From: Eledone cirrhosa
Lineage: Eukaryota
Direction of reading: 5' to 3'
DNA length: 30,722 bases
Assembly: GCA_964016885.1 (NCBI GenBank)
Contig: CAXHJY010000969.1
Span: 1 to 30,722 of the forward strand
Below are positions 12,184 to 22,243 of this stretch, one piece after another (position 1 is the stretch's first letter; every line of letters starts with the position of its first letter). The translations under genes were made by a program, and so were the position numbers. Below the pieces are notes generated by a model. It was not told where the DNA came from and made no database searches. It saw only the letters and a program-made list of their open reading frames with translations.

Positions 12184-12960
12184 TGGAATCAAGAGGACTG
12201 AGTTAAGACAAAAGTGTTGATGAGTAGAAAAGAGGACAATACTCTGGTTCCATCAGGGAAATGGCCATGTTCGATATGTAGAAAAGGAACTGGCATAAAT
12301 TCCATAAAATGTACGCAATGCAGATCTTGGGTACACGAGATGCAGTGGGATAGCAGGCAAACTAACAGGTAGGGAAAACTACGTATGCAGTAGATGTACA
12401 GGGAAAGTTGGCAGTAGTAATTGCAGTGATAGACACATTTTTCCAATGCAGGCGGCTGCTATAGAAGTGGTTGATAGCTTCCGGTACCTAAGTGATCAGA
12501 TTAGCATGGGAGGGGGGTTTCTAAAATAAGGACCGGTTGGAAGAAGTTTAGGGTGCTACTTCCTCTGTTGACAAAGGGTTTCTCCCTGCATACGAAAGGA
12601 CAGGTATATGATGCCTGTGTGAGATGCGCGATGCTGCATGGTAGTGAGACATGGGCAGCAACTGCAGGAGAGAAATGAAGCTAGCATGCTCCGTTGGATG
12701 TGCAATGTCAATGTGCGTGAATGACCAAGCATAGACGAGTTGAGAAAGAAACTGGTGTGCAGGAGAGAAGACTGAGATGGTATGGACATGTGATGCGCAT
12801 GGTAAAAAAGTGCCAAGAAATCCCAGTAGAAGGAAGACCACGAAAAACATGGGTGGAGGTGGTGAGAGCAGACCTCAGATTGCTGAAACTCACAGAGATG
12901 ATGAAGGACCGTGACAAATGGAGAGATGCTGTGCTGAATATGAAACCCACCCCCTCCTTT
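12184..12960 (+). mobile_element. Decayed RTE-clade LINE, RT thumb, Cys-rich finger and C-terminus
   Basis: Frameshifted peptides KTKVLMSRK, GKWPCSICRKGTGINSIKCTQCRSWVH, VDSFRYLSD, MLHGSETWA, RLRWYGHVMR, GRPRKTW; homologous to 14504-15178. Confidence 0.92.
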
Positions 12961-12972
12961 GTTCCTTCTCAG

Positions 12973-13081
12973 ATTTCCTGAAGAAATGCAGTTTTATGTA
13001 TTATGTATAGTGATAATTAATTATTTTGATTGTTTTCATATGCATGTACTTTTGTAACCGTATTGAAACAGACCTAGAAAT
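12973..13081 (+). ncRNA. Type I hammerhead-like motif with about 80-nt helix II domain and imperfect helix III
   Basis: ATTTC-CTGAAGA-AATGCAGTT...AACCGTATT-GAAA-CAGAC-CTA-GAAAT. Helix I pairs 5/5 and the helix II base 8/9. Confidence 0.55.
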
Positions 13082-13171
13082 TAAAGACTGAATTTAATTT
13101 GTTAACCTTGGTCTTTTGTCATTTTGAATATATTTGCAAGCAAGGAAAAGCGGATATAAAATGATGATATA

Positions 13172-13369
13172 TATATTAAACATGATGTTTACACTCTAAT
13201 AATATATTGAATACCTTACTAACTATGGTTACCACTGATTGAATCTGGGACTCTCTCTATCACATATGTGAGAGAGAGAGAGAGAGAGAGAGTCCCAGAT
13301 TCAATCAGTGGTAACCATAGTTAGTAAGGTACTCAATATATTATTAGAGTGTAAACATCGTTTAATATA
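13172..13369. repeat. Near-perfect long palindrome, arms about 86 bp
   Basis: 13172-13258 is the reverse complement of about 13284-13369 with one substitution and a 2-nt indel; centre CACAT|ATGTG plus (GA)n. Confidence 0.95.
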
Positions 13370-13372
13370 GAG

Positions 13373-13471
13373 ATGACTTCTACAGGACTAGAAATGGTTC
13401 ATTCAAAAGAAATCATCAGGGCTTTCCTGATGATTTATTTTGAATAAAACAGTTCTAGTCCTGTAGAAGCC

Positions 13472-13473
<2 letters not shown>
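13373..13473. repeat. Hairpin of 48-bp arms, each arm a degenerate hammerhead core
   Basis: ATGACTTCTACAGGACTAGAA...TCATCAGG-GCTTT-CCTGATGA...TTCTAGTCCTGTAGAAGCCAT; arm consensus CTGATGA-TTTCTTTTGAAT-GAAAC. Confidence 0.85.
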
Positions 13474-13514
<41 letters not shown>

Positions 13515-13995
13515 TGATGCAGATATATATGCATTTATCTATATAGCTTGAGTGTGGATAGGTACAATGTACATACAAATGAAAATATACATAAAGAGGA
13601 AAAAAGAAATGGTCTCCAAATTATCCACAGATCATTTATTTATCACTCAAAAATGGAAGAATGTATATGCCACATAATTTCTTCCATTGCTGCAAGGCCA
13701 CACATTTATTTCAAGCTCAAATGTGGTTTATTTTATATTCTAATGAGAGATAGTTCAGAGGTAAATCCAGTTGGTATACTTTCGGACATCTTAGATGAGA
13801 TCACAGACTGCCTTTATATATATATATGTAAAAGTTCTATTTAAATTGTTGGGATGCAACAAGCAAATATTTTTATAACTGATATAAAGCACTCAACAAA
13901 TAATTGGAGTAAAAATATATCCGGGAGCTTCCAACAGTAATGGTTGCATTCTTTAAGGGTATGTCAATATTTATTTATAAAACTGCTCTATATTA

Positions 13996-14060
13996 TATTT
14001 TATCTGATGAAAGCACACCATAATTTAACTTGGTGTCCTTGAAATATGTATAATGAAATA
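13996..14060 (+). ncRNA. Type I hammerhead ribozyme, AUA triplet
   Basis: TATTTTAT-CTGATGA-AAGCACACCA/TGGTGTCCTT-GAAA-TATGT-ATA-ATGAAATA. Helix I 8 bp, helix II 9/10, near-palindromic helix III ATATGTAT. Confidence 0.8.
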
Positions 14061-14101
14061 AATATGGTTTTTATAAATATAGTTTCCATTTGTTAATATC
14101 G

Positions 14102-14443
14102 TATATATATATATATATATTTGTGTGTGTGTATTTGGTTATATATGTGTATGTAGAGGTAAGCATGTAGATATATATATGTGACCGTGTACGCACATAT
14201 AGATACGCGTACGTATGTGTACGTGTATTTATTGATGTGAGTGTTTCTATATATGTATGTTTTTTTTTTTACGCAGATGTGTGGGTGTGTATATATATAT
14301 GTCTATATATATAAATGTGCGCGCTTGTGTGTGTGTGTGTGTGTAAGTATATGTTATAAGCAAGCATTTGTACGTTGAAAAAATGTTTTAAAAATATATA
14401 CATGTAGATAATATGGTTGGGTTGTATATCTGTAGGTGTATGT

Positions 14444-14490
<47 letters not shown>
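14102..14490. repeat. Degenerate (AT)/(GT) microsatellite tract ending in (GT)n
   Basis: Alternating purine-pyrimidine low complexity with pure (TG)n at about 14449-14487. Confidence 0.85.
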
Positions 14491-14503
14491 ACTAAGAACA
14501 TAG

Positions 14504-15547
14504 ATTTTTACATGTGGCCGGTGCTCTGGTGCAATAAGTAGCAGCAAGTGCCCACAAAATACTAGCTCTTTCAATTGCGCAGAGGGTTCTATAGAAATAG
14601 TGGGCAGCTTCCGTTACCTGGGTGACAAAATCAGCAGTGGGGGAGGGTGCTCTGAAAGTACAGTAGCTAGAGTCAGAACTGGATGGAAAAAGTTCAGAGA
14701 GCTTATACCACTATTAGCCACTAAAGGGTTCTCCCTAAAAATGAAAGGCAGGCTGTATGATGCCTGCATACGAACAGCAATGTTGCATGGCAGTGAGACC
14801 TGGGCATTGTGTGCAGAGGATATACGCAGACTAGAGAGGAACGAAGCTTGCATGCTCCGCTGGATGTGTAATAGTAATATACGTGAACGGCAAAGCATAG
14901 ACGAACTAAGGGAAAAATTAGAAATAAGAGGGATCAGATGTTGTTTACTCGAGAGAAGGCTAGGTTGGTATGGTCACGTGATGCGCATGAAAGACGACAG
15001 CTGTATAAAAAAGTGCAGGGCAATAAAGATAGACGGTAGCCACAGAGTAGGCAGACCCAGAAAAACCTGGCACGACCTGATAAATTCCGACCTCACACAC
15101 TTACACCTCTCCAAGACAATGTCACTGGACCGAGATCTTTGGCGGTACTCAGTAATAGAGAAGACCCGCCTTACCTAAATACAAAGTAAAACCTACTACA
15201 GTCAGTAGGCATCTCTAACAAAATACACCCCCGCCCATCCACACCGCCCCTTTCAATGTAAAGTTATGTTGGTGCCACAACATCCAGGCCGAAACAAATG
15301 AGATCGTGTAGGTGTCACAACAAAAAAATACAGTCCACGCTGTAATGTGGCCGTGTAGGCAACACGGTAAAAACCTCCCAGTCCCACACTGTAAATGTGG
15401 TTGGTATTAGGAAGGACATCCAGCTGTAGAAAACCCGCCAGACAGTCCTATGCGAGCAAGACAACCACTCTTGCCTCAAGTGGGAAAACTCCCGTCCAAA
15501 CCCATGCAAGCGTGGAACATGGACGTTAAACGATGATGATGATGATA
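14504..15547 (+). mobile_element. 5'-truncated RTE-clade LINE: uninterrupted C-terminal frame, 3' UTR and (GAT)n tail
   Basis: Frame open 14504-15178: FTCGRC...FRYLGDKI...WKKFREL...MLHGSETWAL...LGWYGHVMR...GRPRKTW; ends GGACGTTAAACGATGATGATGATGAT. Confidence 0.95.
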
Positions 15548-15549
15548 AT

Positions 15550-15890
15550 CATCATCATCATCATCATTTTACGTCCGCTTTTCCCTGCTTGCAAGGGTGG
15601 GACGGGAACTGATTCTGGCTTGATTTCTACAGCTGGATGCCCTTCCTAACACCAACCTCATTTACAGTGAGTGCTGGGTGCTTTTTTGCCGTGGCACCTC
15701 CACGACCACTTTGCAGTGGAATGATAAGGACCGCAGTCCCTATCATCTCATTTCTACAGCTGAGTAAACTGGAGCAATGTGAAATAAAGTGTCTTGCTCA
15801 AGGAAACAACACATCACCCAGTCTGAGAATTGAACTCACAACCTTTCGATTGCAAGGCCAATGCTCTAACCACTAAGCCATGTGCCTCCA
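15550..15890 (-). mobile_element. SINE with family C tRNA-like head and RTE-derived 3' tail
   Basis: Minus strand begins GGAGGCACATGGCTTAGTGGTTAGAGC...GAGTTCAATTCTC and ends GCATCCAGCTGTAGAAA...CGGACGTAAAATGATGATG. Confidence 0.85.
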
Positions 15891-15893
15891 TGA

Positions 15894-15929
<36 letters not shown>

Positions 15930-16104
15930 ATACTTTGTAAATTTATAAATATATAATAAATTGAAGTGAAAGCAACTGGTGCGTGTGTTTCTTATTGGCA
16001 ACATGACCCTCCCAAAGTATAACAATATCGGTTTCAACACACGATTTCAGATAAAGAATCTTGCTAAACAAATTCAGAAACGAAATATATATATATATAT
16101 ATAT

Positions 16105-16160
16105 ATCATCATCATCATCATCATCACCGTTTTACGTCCGTTCTTCCACGCTAGCATGGG
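16105..16160 (-). mobile_element. RTE/SINE 3' tail stub cut at the Penelope-like arm
   Basis: (CAT)n-CACCGTTTTACGTCCGTTCTTCCACGCTAGCATGGG. Confidence 0.8.
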
Positions 16161-16192
16161 TTTGTAGTTATGTAATAAACAACATAAGATAA

Positions 16193-16265
16193 TTATTTCA
16201 TTTACCAAAAGTTTCACGAAGACAGACGAGCTTGGCACATGCCTTCAATCGTCAGAACGAAATAA
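16193..16265 (-). ncRNA. Type I hammerhead ribozyme, inverted copy with 6-nt shorter helix II domain
   Basis: Minus strand: TTATTTCGTT-CTGACGA-TTGAAGGCA...TGTCTTCGT-GAAA-CTTTTG-GTA-AATGAAATAA. Confidence 0.75.
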
Positions 16266-16741
16266 ATTTTATTGAAATGTATGTTTATATGTATGTGTGT
16301 GTATATGTATCCATGTGTGTGTGCCTGTGTGCCTGCATGTGTGTACTTGTATGTATGTGTGTATACGTACGTGTATATACATATATGTGTGTATTTGTAT
16401 GATTGTATGTGTATGTATATATATATATATAAGTATATATATGTATTTTTGTATGCGTATGTATGTATATTTGTACGTAATTTTTTATGTGTATGTGCAT
16501 GTGCACGTGTGTGTGAGCGTTAGAACGCATGTATATGTGTGTGTTTGTATTTGCATGTAGACGCACATATACTTATGTGTGAAGGTATATGTTTACGTAT
16601 ATGTATGTGTTTGTATATATACATATTCATTTTTTATTTTAATTTCCCCCTTTGCATTTTGTCCGTTATTTTATTTCAGCCTCACTTTCATTTATCCTAG
16701 ACTGTTTTGAAATCCTTACTTCATTTCCATTTCAATAAAAT

Positions 16742-16820
16742 TTATTTCGTTCTGACGATTGAAGGCAGACGTATGTGCCAAGCTCGTCTGTCTTCGTGAA
16801 ACTTTTGGTAAATGAAATAA
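16742..16820 (+). ncRNA. Type I hammerhead ribozyme, GUA triplet
   Basis: TTATTTCGTT-CTGACGA-T-TGAAGGCAGACG/CGTCTGTCTTCG-T-GAAA-CTTTTG-GTA-AATGAAATAA. Helix I 10 bp, helix II 12 bp. Confidence 0.85.
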
Positions 16821-16909
16821 TTATCTTATGTTGTTTATTACATAACTATAAAGCTCTGTAGACTACATAGAGCACTCTTTTCCTTTACCTTTCCTCCGGA
16901 AATACTTCA

Positions 16910-16912
<3 letters not shown>

Positions 16913-16950
<38 letters not shown>

Positions 16951-17265
16951 ACAGATATATGTGGTTATATAGATGAATATGTGTATTATATATATATATG
17001 TGGTTATATAAATGTATAAGTGCATTATATATGCATATATGTATGTAGGTGAATGTACATGTATGTATGGATGTAAATGCATATGTATCTATGGGTATGA
17101 ATGTACGTTTATTCATAAATGAGTATGCTATCATATAGATGGACGTATGTACGGTTTTATGGGCATATGGCCTGTAAAGATGTGTGTGTGTGTGTATGTG
17201 TATATATGGAAGTGGAGGTCCGTATATATATGGTTTGTATTAGCAAAAAAACCGGTATATATATA
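16913..17265. repeat. Degenerate AT/GT microsatellite tract
   Basis: (AT)n followed by alternating low-complexity sequence, with ATATATGTGGTTATATA twice. Confidence 0.75.
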
Positions 17266-17621
17266 GCTAACCTAATAAAATAAACGCTGATAAACCCTAG
17301 ATATTTTTAGCCATTACTTGCTTCCATAGACTTCATAACATTAACGCTTAAAAAACAATATACCGAGGTTAAATTTGATTATCACTTCCTTAAATACCAA
17401 TATAGTTGTACTAATAACAGACATAGATTATATTAACATCAGAATATGACTGCTGGTAACACCAGGTAGAACAACTATTATGAAGAGTACCGTTAAACAT
17501 TTCTGGCAATTTTAACCTTCCATAACCTTAGAAAAAACTTTGTTTACAATTGACGTCCGGAGCATGCGGTTAAGGAATACATTGATCAGTAATTAAACAC
17601 TTTTTAATGTTATATATATAA

Positions 17622-17692
17622 TTGATCCTGACGATATCTTTATAAGGATATTGTGCGCAATATACTAAGAGAATGAAACACGTGTCGATCAA
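17622..17692 (+). ncRNA. Type I hammerhead ribozyme, GUC triplet, palindromic helix III
   Basis: TTGATC-CTGACGA-[...ATATTG-TGCG-CAATAT...]-GAA-ACACGTGT-C-GATCAA. Helix I pairs 6/6; predicted cut after 17686. Confidence 0.88.
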
Positions 17693-17902
17693 ATAAATAA
17701 TGTATTAACTGTTGAATTAGGTGACTTATTTCTTTGTTAATATATGCTCTGTGATTTAACTCAAGATGACCGGAAATATACCGACTTGATATAACCCTGA
17801 AATATCTCTCGTTATTCTGGATATAAAATAAACCACATTTGAGCTTGAAATAAATATCTGATCACCTTACTATTATAGAATCATCTGGGAGCGGTGACTA
17901 AT

Positions 17903-18013
17903 CTCTCAGAGGCTGAGGTCACAAGAGCAATTAAAGAGCTCAAATGTGGCAAGGCCACTGGGGAAGATGAAATCCGGCCTGAGATGTTAAAAGCTTTAAA
18001 TAGAGAAGAAATT
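17903..18013 (+). mobile_element. Isolated RTE-clade LINE fragment from the start of the RT domain
   Basis: Translates as LSEAEVTRAIKELKCGKATGEDEIRPEMLKALNREEI, the GKAxGxDxIxxEMLK motif of non-LTR reverse transcriptases. Confidence 0.85.
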
Positions 18014-18839
18014 TGTATATTAAAATACTATTTTGTTCATCATTAGTTGTTCATAAATAAATGAAATGTTAAAAACAGTATAAACAATATTAGCTTTTGA
18101 AAATTGGGTAAAATACTATTATAGACAGAAAAAAGTGGCCACTTTTTTCTTTCCATAAGGGACTCGGTTTTCTAAAGCTGTTATTTATAGTGATTTCTGC
18201 ATTTGAATTCCAAAATTACAAATTTCAAATCATCTAAGCGCCTCAATAAATCATAAGATTTGTTAAAAACAGTATTTTAAAATTTCCCCTTTGATGGAGA
18301 AATTTTATGCTCGAGATGTAAACTAAAATTCCTGAATAGTGTCATGGTAAATATACTTCCAAAAATATGCCAAGGAGTAAACGAAATGAAAGGGTTAGGA
18401 AACCCCAAACCTTTCTTAAAATATTACCATCGCCCTGAAAACTAGACCTCCTCTTAAAACCAAACAATAACACACTGGTTCTGATAGGTTACTGACCCAC
18501 TATAAGTACGGCTTCAGTACGCTACTACACAAACAAATATCCTTGACTGCATCTATAAAAAAAACAAAGACCATCCCATCCCTGATGATTGACAAGCTCA
18601 TTCCTAAACACTTCAACAGCAAATTCACTGTTACTTCTATAGCTAATACAATATCAGTGTCTAGCTCAGAAAATTTGCCTCAGCCCCCACCATATATTCC
18701 CCTCTCCTTACTGGTAACATCACACCTAAAAAATAAAAATGACACTAAACACATTTCCCAGTCCTTCCTATGTATCTTTTTTCTTCCAGACAATATATTT
18801 GTTGCATCTTTTTTAAGACTTTAGAGTGTATAAATATAA

Positions 18840-19420
18840 AAACACATGATTAAATGATTAGAGTATTCAGCTTAGGATCATAAGGTCATGTGTTTAATTT
18901 CCCAGCTGTACATTGTGTTCTTGAGCAAGACACTTATTTCATGTTGCTCCAGTCCACTTGGCTGAAAAAAATGATACCCGACTCCCCACGGGTACAGGCC
19001 GAAGCTTCACCACCCCCTCCCACTGTAAAGTGGTCATGTAGGTGTCACGACAAAAAGCACCCAGTCCACAATGTAAGGTGGTTGTGTAAGTGTCACGACA
19101 AAAAGCACCCAGTACTCACTGTAAATGAGGTTGGCGTTAGGAAGGACACCCAGCTGTAGAAATCAAGCCAAAATCAGATCTGTAAGAGCAAGACATGGTT
19201 ACCTGACCTGGCATTGCCCCCAACAGGACAGCACGCCTAACTCATGCTAGCGTGGAAAGATGGACAAAAACGGTGATTAAAAAAACTGGCTTTGTCACAG
19301 TGTGATGCTGAATCTCATTAAGGATACACACGTCTGTGCAATTCTCAGTACCCCTAGATACAGAAAAAAGTGGACAGAGAATCAAACCGATCAAGTGCAG
19401 TTAACCATTACACCTTTTCA
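18840..19420 (+). mobile_element. Family C SINE apparently split by an RTE 3'-UTR insertion (about 18975-19278)
   Basis: Head CTTGAGCAAGACACTTATTTCATGTTGCTCCAGTCCAC. The insert has tandem GTGTCACGACAAAAAGCACCCAGT repeats and the CATGCTAGCGTGGAAAGATGGAC tail. The right boundary is approximate. Confidence 0.65.
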
Positions 19421-19504
19421 AAAGTGTTAAGCATGTGGCTAGAAATGTAGACAAGATTGGTTGAAATGTAGACGAAGCATTGGGAAATTTGAAACTACAG
19501 TCGC

Positions 19505-20700
19505 CAAAAAAAGTTCAGAGATCTACTGCTACTAATAGCTACAAAGAGTCTCTCTATTAGAGTCAAAAGCCGGTTTATGATGCTTATGTGCGAATGGCAA
19601 TGCATCATCATCATCATTTAACGCCAATTTTCCACACTACATGATAGTGAAATTTGGGCTTTGTGTAAAGAAATGAGGCAAGCATGCTCTGATGGATGTA
19701 TTATAGCAGTATTCATGAGTGACGAAGTATCAATGAGCAGAGAGAACAGCTGGGCATAAGAAACATCATGTACAGTGTGCAGGAGAGGCGACTGCGATGG
19801 TATGGACATGTAATGCATATGAAGGATGAGAGTTTCAGTGCACTCAAAATCAAAGGAACCCTTGAAAGGGAAAGACCAAGAAAAACCTGGAATGATGTAG
19901 TGAGGGCCAACCTCATGAAGATGACTCAGGACCAAGAAAAGAGGCGATATCCTATAATACAAGAAACTCATCTTCCCACGCAAGTGGAATGAAACAGCAC
20001 AAAGAAGATGGCTAACCTACCTACTACCCTCCACTCTAAACCGAAAGAAGCAGAGAGGCGGTATAACACTCAGATCCCATCTCCTGCCCACCAGTGTACT
20101 CCTGAAATCCCTGCCAGCATGCCTCTGACCCCCTTCTCCACTCTAAACCGGAAGCAAAGATATGAAACAGCTCTCAGGTCCTCACCTGCCAATATACTCT
20201 TGACTTCTTCGTCCAACTCGTGCAAGCATAGAAATCTAGGAGGAACCATGACTAATTCACCTTTCCTTGCTAAACCTTTGCACTCCCAACCCAGGAAAGC
20301 CTGGCACACCACAAAATGACAAACACCACCCTCTCAACCACTTTCCTCAAGCAGTATATAAATGCCCAGTTTTAGGCCACAAAAGGAAGTCAATCCCCAC
20401 CATGAACACCCCCTTCCAGCAATGTATTGCCAGACCCCAGACTTACCCCCCATCCTTAGCACAACCATATACACTGAGCTGAGCACCCTAGTGCTGGGGT
20501 CAATATAAACGCATCCAGTCCACTCTGTAAGATGGTAGTGCTGGTGCCATGACATAAAGCACCCAGTTCATCCTGTAAGGTGTTAGAGTCACAATAAAAT
20601 GACCCCTGTTTCCACTGTAAAGTGGTTGGCATTAGGACAAGCATCCAGCTGCAGAACCAAGCTAAAACAAAGCATGAATAGAACACAGTCACCTGGCCTC
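19505..20700 (+). mobile_element. Decayed RTE-clade LINE C-terminus and long 3' UTR
   Basis: KKFRDLL, LHDSEIWAL, VQERRLRWYGHVMHM, RPRKTWND; the UTR ends with CACTGTAAAGTGGTTGGCATTAGG...GCATCCAGCTG. Confidence 0.85.
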
Positions 20701-20809
20701 CACACACATATATATATATATATTCAAAACTGAAGATTGGATAAAATCTCCAATAATGGAATTTGCCATTCTCAACAATAAAAGCCCCATGAAACTTTTT
20801 GAAAGTTAT

Positions 20810-21906
20810 AATATAAGTCAATCCGAATATAAGTTGACCACCCCACTATTTTATGTCTGAGAAATGAGCAAAAATCCAAACTCCGTGTAAAGCTTGGGCA
20901 ACACATTGTTTAGATGACGCAGTTTTGAAATTCTCATGAAATGAGCATATATTTATGAAGTTGTAATATTTTGATATCTAAAATGTTTTAAATGTTGTTT
21001 AGAATATAGTTTCTTTCACAACTCCATTTCATCCGTTTTAAAATAAAAGGCTTCAACAAATTTCTCGAATTGTTGTTTACTTCCAGCTCCTGGGAGTATT
21101 TTGCTTTTTATTTTCAGATTTTTTTAAAAATAAACACATCGATTGAAATGCATAACGTCTTACAACTATTAGATAGATTTTTGCAATTGTACACATCTAA
21201 CTCCAGCATGCCCCCTCACTAAGTTAACTAAATAATTCAATATTCAACACAGGTGTAATTTTGAAAAAAATGTTTTCTTTATTAGTTCACTCAGTTTAAT
21301 TGTTTTTAACTATTATGTAAACTAGTTAAAAATGTTTATATCTGCCAAATTATTACTTGAAAATCACTAAAATTTGATATATTATTAGTCTACCCTTATT
21401 TATTTTTGAAAAAAAAAAAAATGTTCCTTTAACTGCTATGGAAATCATTAAAAGCACTAGAGGGAGATCGAGGGGACATAATGAATAGGGAATGATTGAA
21501 AGCAGGATCAACTAAGAGAACATTGTATAAGGATTCAGAATAGAAAGGGAAGGAGACAGCAAGAGAGTGAGAGGGGAAAGCAATAAAATACCAGAAGTAA
21601 GATTGAAAAAAAAAGTGTAATTAAATCAGAGAAAAACAGTCGGCACACGTGTGCATGTATGTGCAGGGTATATTTGTATTAAAAAGTTCAAATTATAAAA
21701 CTTTGTGGGGAAAGTTCTCACTCATGACAATGTAGAAAAATAATATTTTGTTGTAAAATAATCATTTTAGCTCCTTATTTACGTAGAATTTGAAGTCTAT
21801 GAAAATCATCAAAATACTGACCTCAAATATAAGTCGACCATCCATTTTACCATGGATTTTTTTTTTTGCCACACATTTCACAGCTTATATACAAGTAAAT
21901 ACAATA
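20810..21906. mobile_element. Probable non-autonomous Tc1/mariner-pogo-type DNA transposon remnant
   Basis: Subterminal AATATAAGT(C/T)(G/A)A repeats at about 20810, 20826 and 21826; inverted CTTATAT in the right end CTTATATACAAGTAAATACAATA. The left TIR is not visible. Confidence 0.45.
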
Positions 21907-22175
21907 CTAAGATAAAGATATATTATGCACGTGTGTGCAAGTATATATATATATATATATATATATATACTTTCACACAGGTGCATAATATACATGCAGT
22001 TCTGTTTGCATGTCAACACAAGAGCGAGAATGAGGGGCTCATTCTATTGACATGGCTTATAAAATTGGCTGTTAGCATAATTGCAAACGAATCAATTATT
22101 ATTATTCGAAAAACTCAGATTACATTTATTATATATATATATATAAGATCAAAAGATGGTTAAAAGAGTTCCATG

Positions 22176-22243
22176 TATTTTATTATGCGCATTTCAAAAA
22201 CAAATATCATGCGGTGACATTTGCGTTTTCGTCAGATAAAATA
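22176..22243 (-). ncRNA. Type I hammerhead ribozyme, AUA triplet, palindromic helix III
   Basis: Minus strand: TATTTTAT-CTGACGA-AAACGCAAATGTCA-CCGCA-TGATATTTGTTTTT-GAA-ATGCGCAT-A-ATAAAATA. Helix I 8/8, helix II 13/14. Confidence 0.9.

Larger units (their letters stand above)
16161..16905. mobile_element. Penelope-like or non-autonomous ribozyme element with inverted terminal arms (16161-16279 / 16728-16852)
   Basis: The ~120-bp arms are identical apart from one substitution and a 6-nt indel. Each carries a hammerhead. The spacer is mostly GT/AT microsatellite. The 3' extension is shared with 7984-8033. Confidence 0.75.

Noticed and set aside
14600-15178. ORF as a cellular gene
   Set aside because: It is the C-terminus of a 5'-truncated RTE LINE with no true start codon.
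20726-20812. CTGAAGA...GAAACTTTTTGAAAGTT
   Set aside because: Helix III is plausible but neither helix I nor a closing helix II forms.
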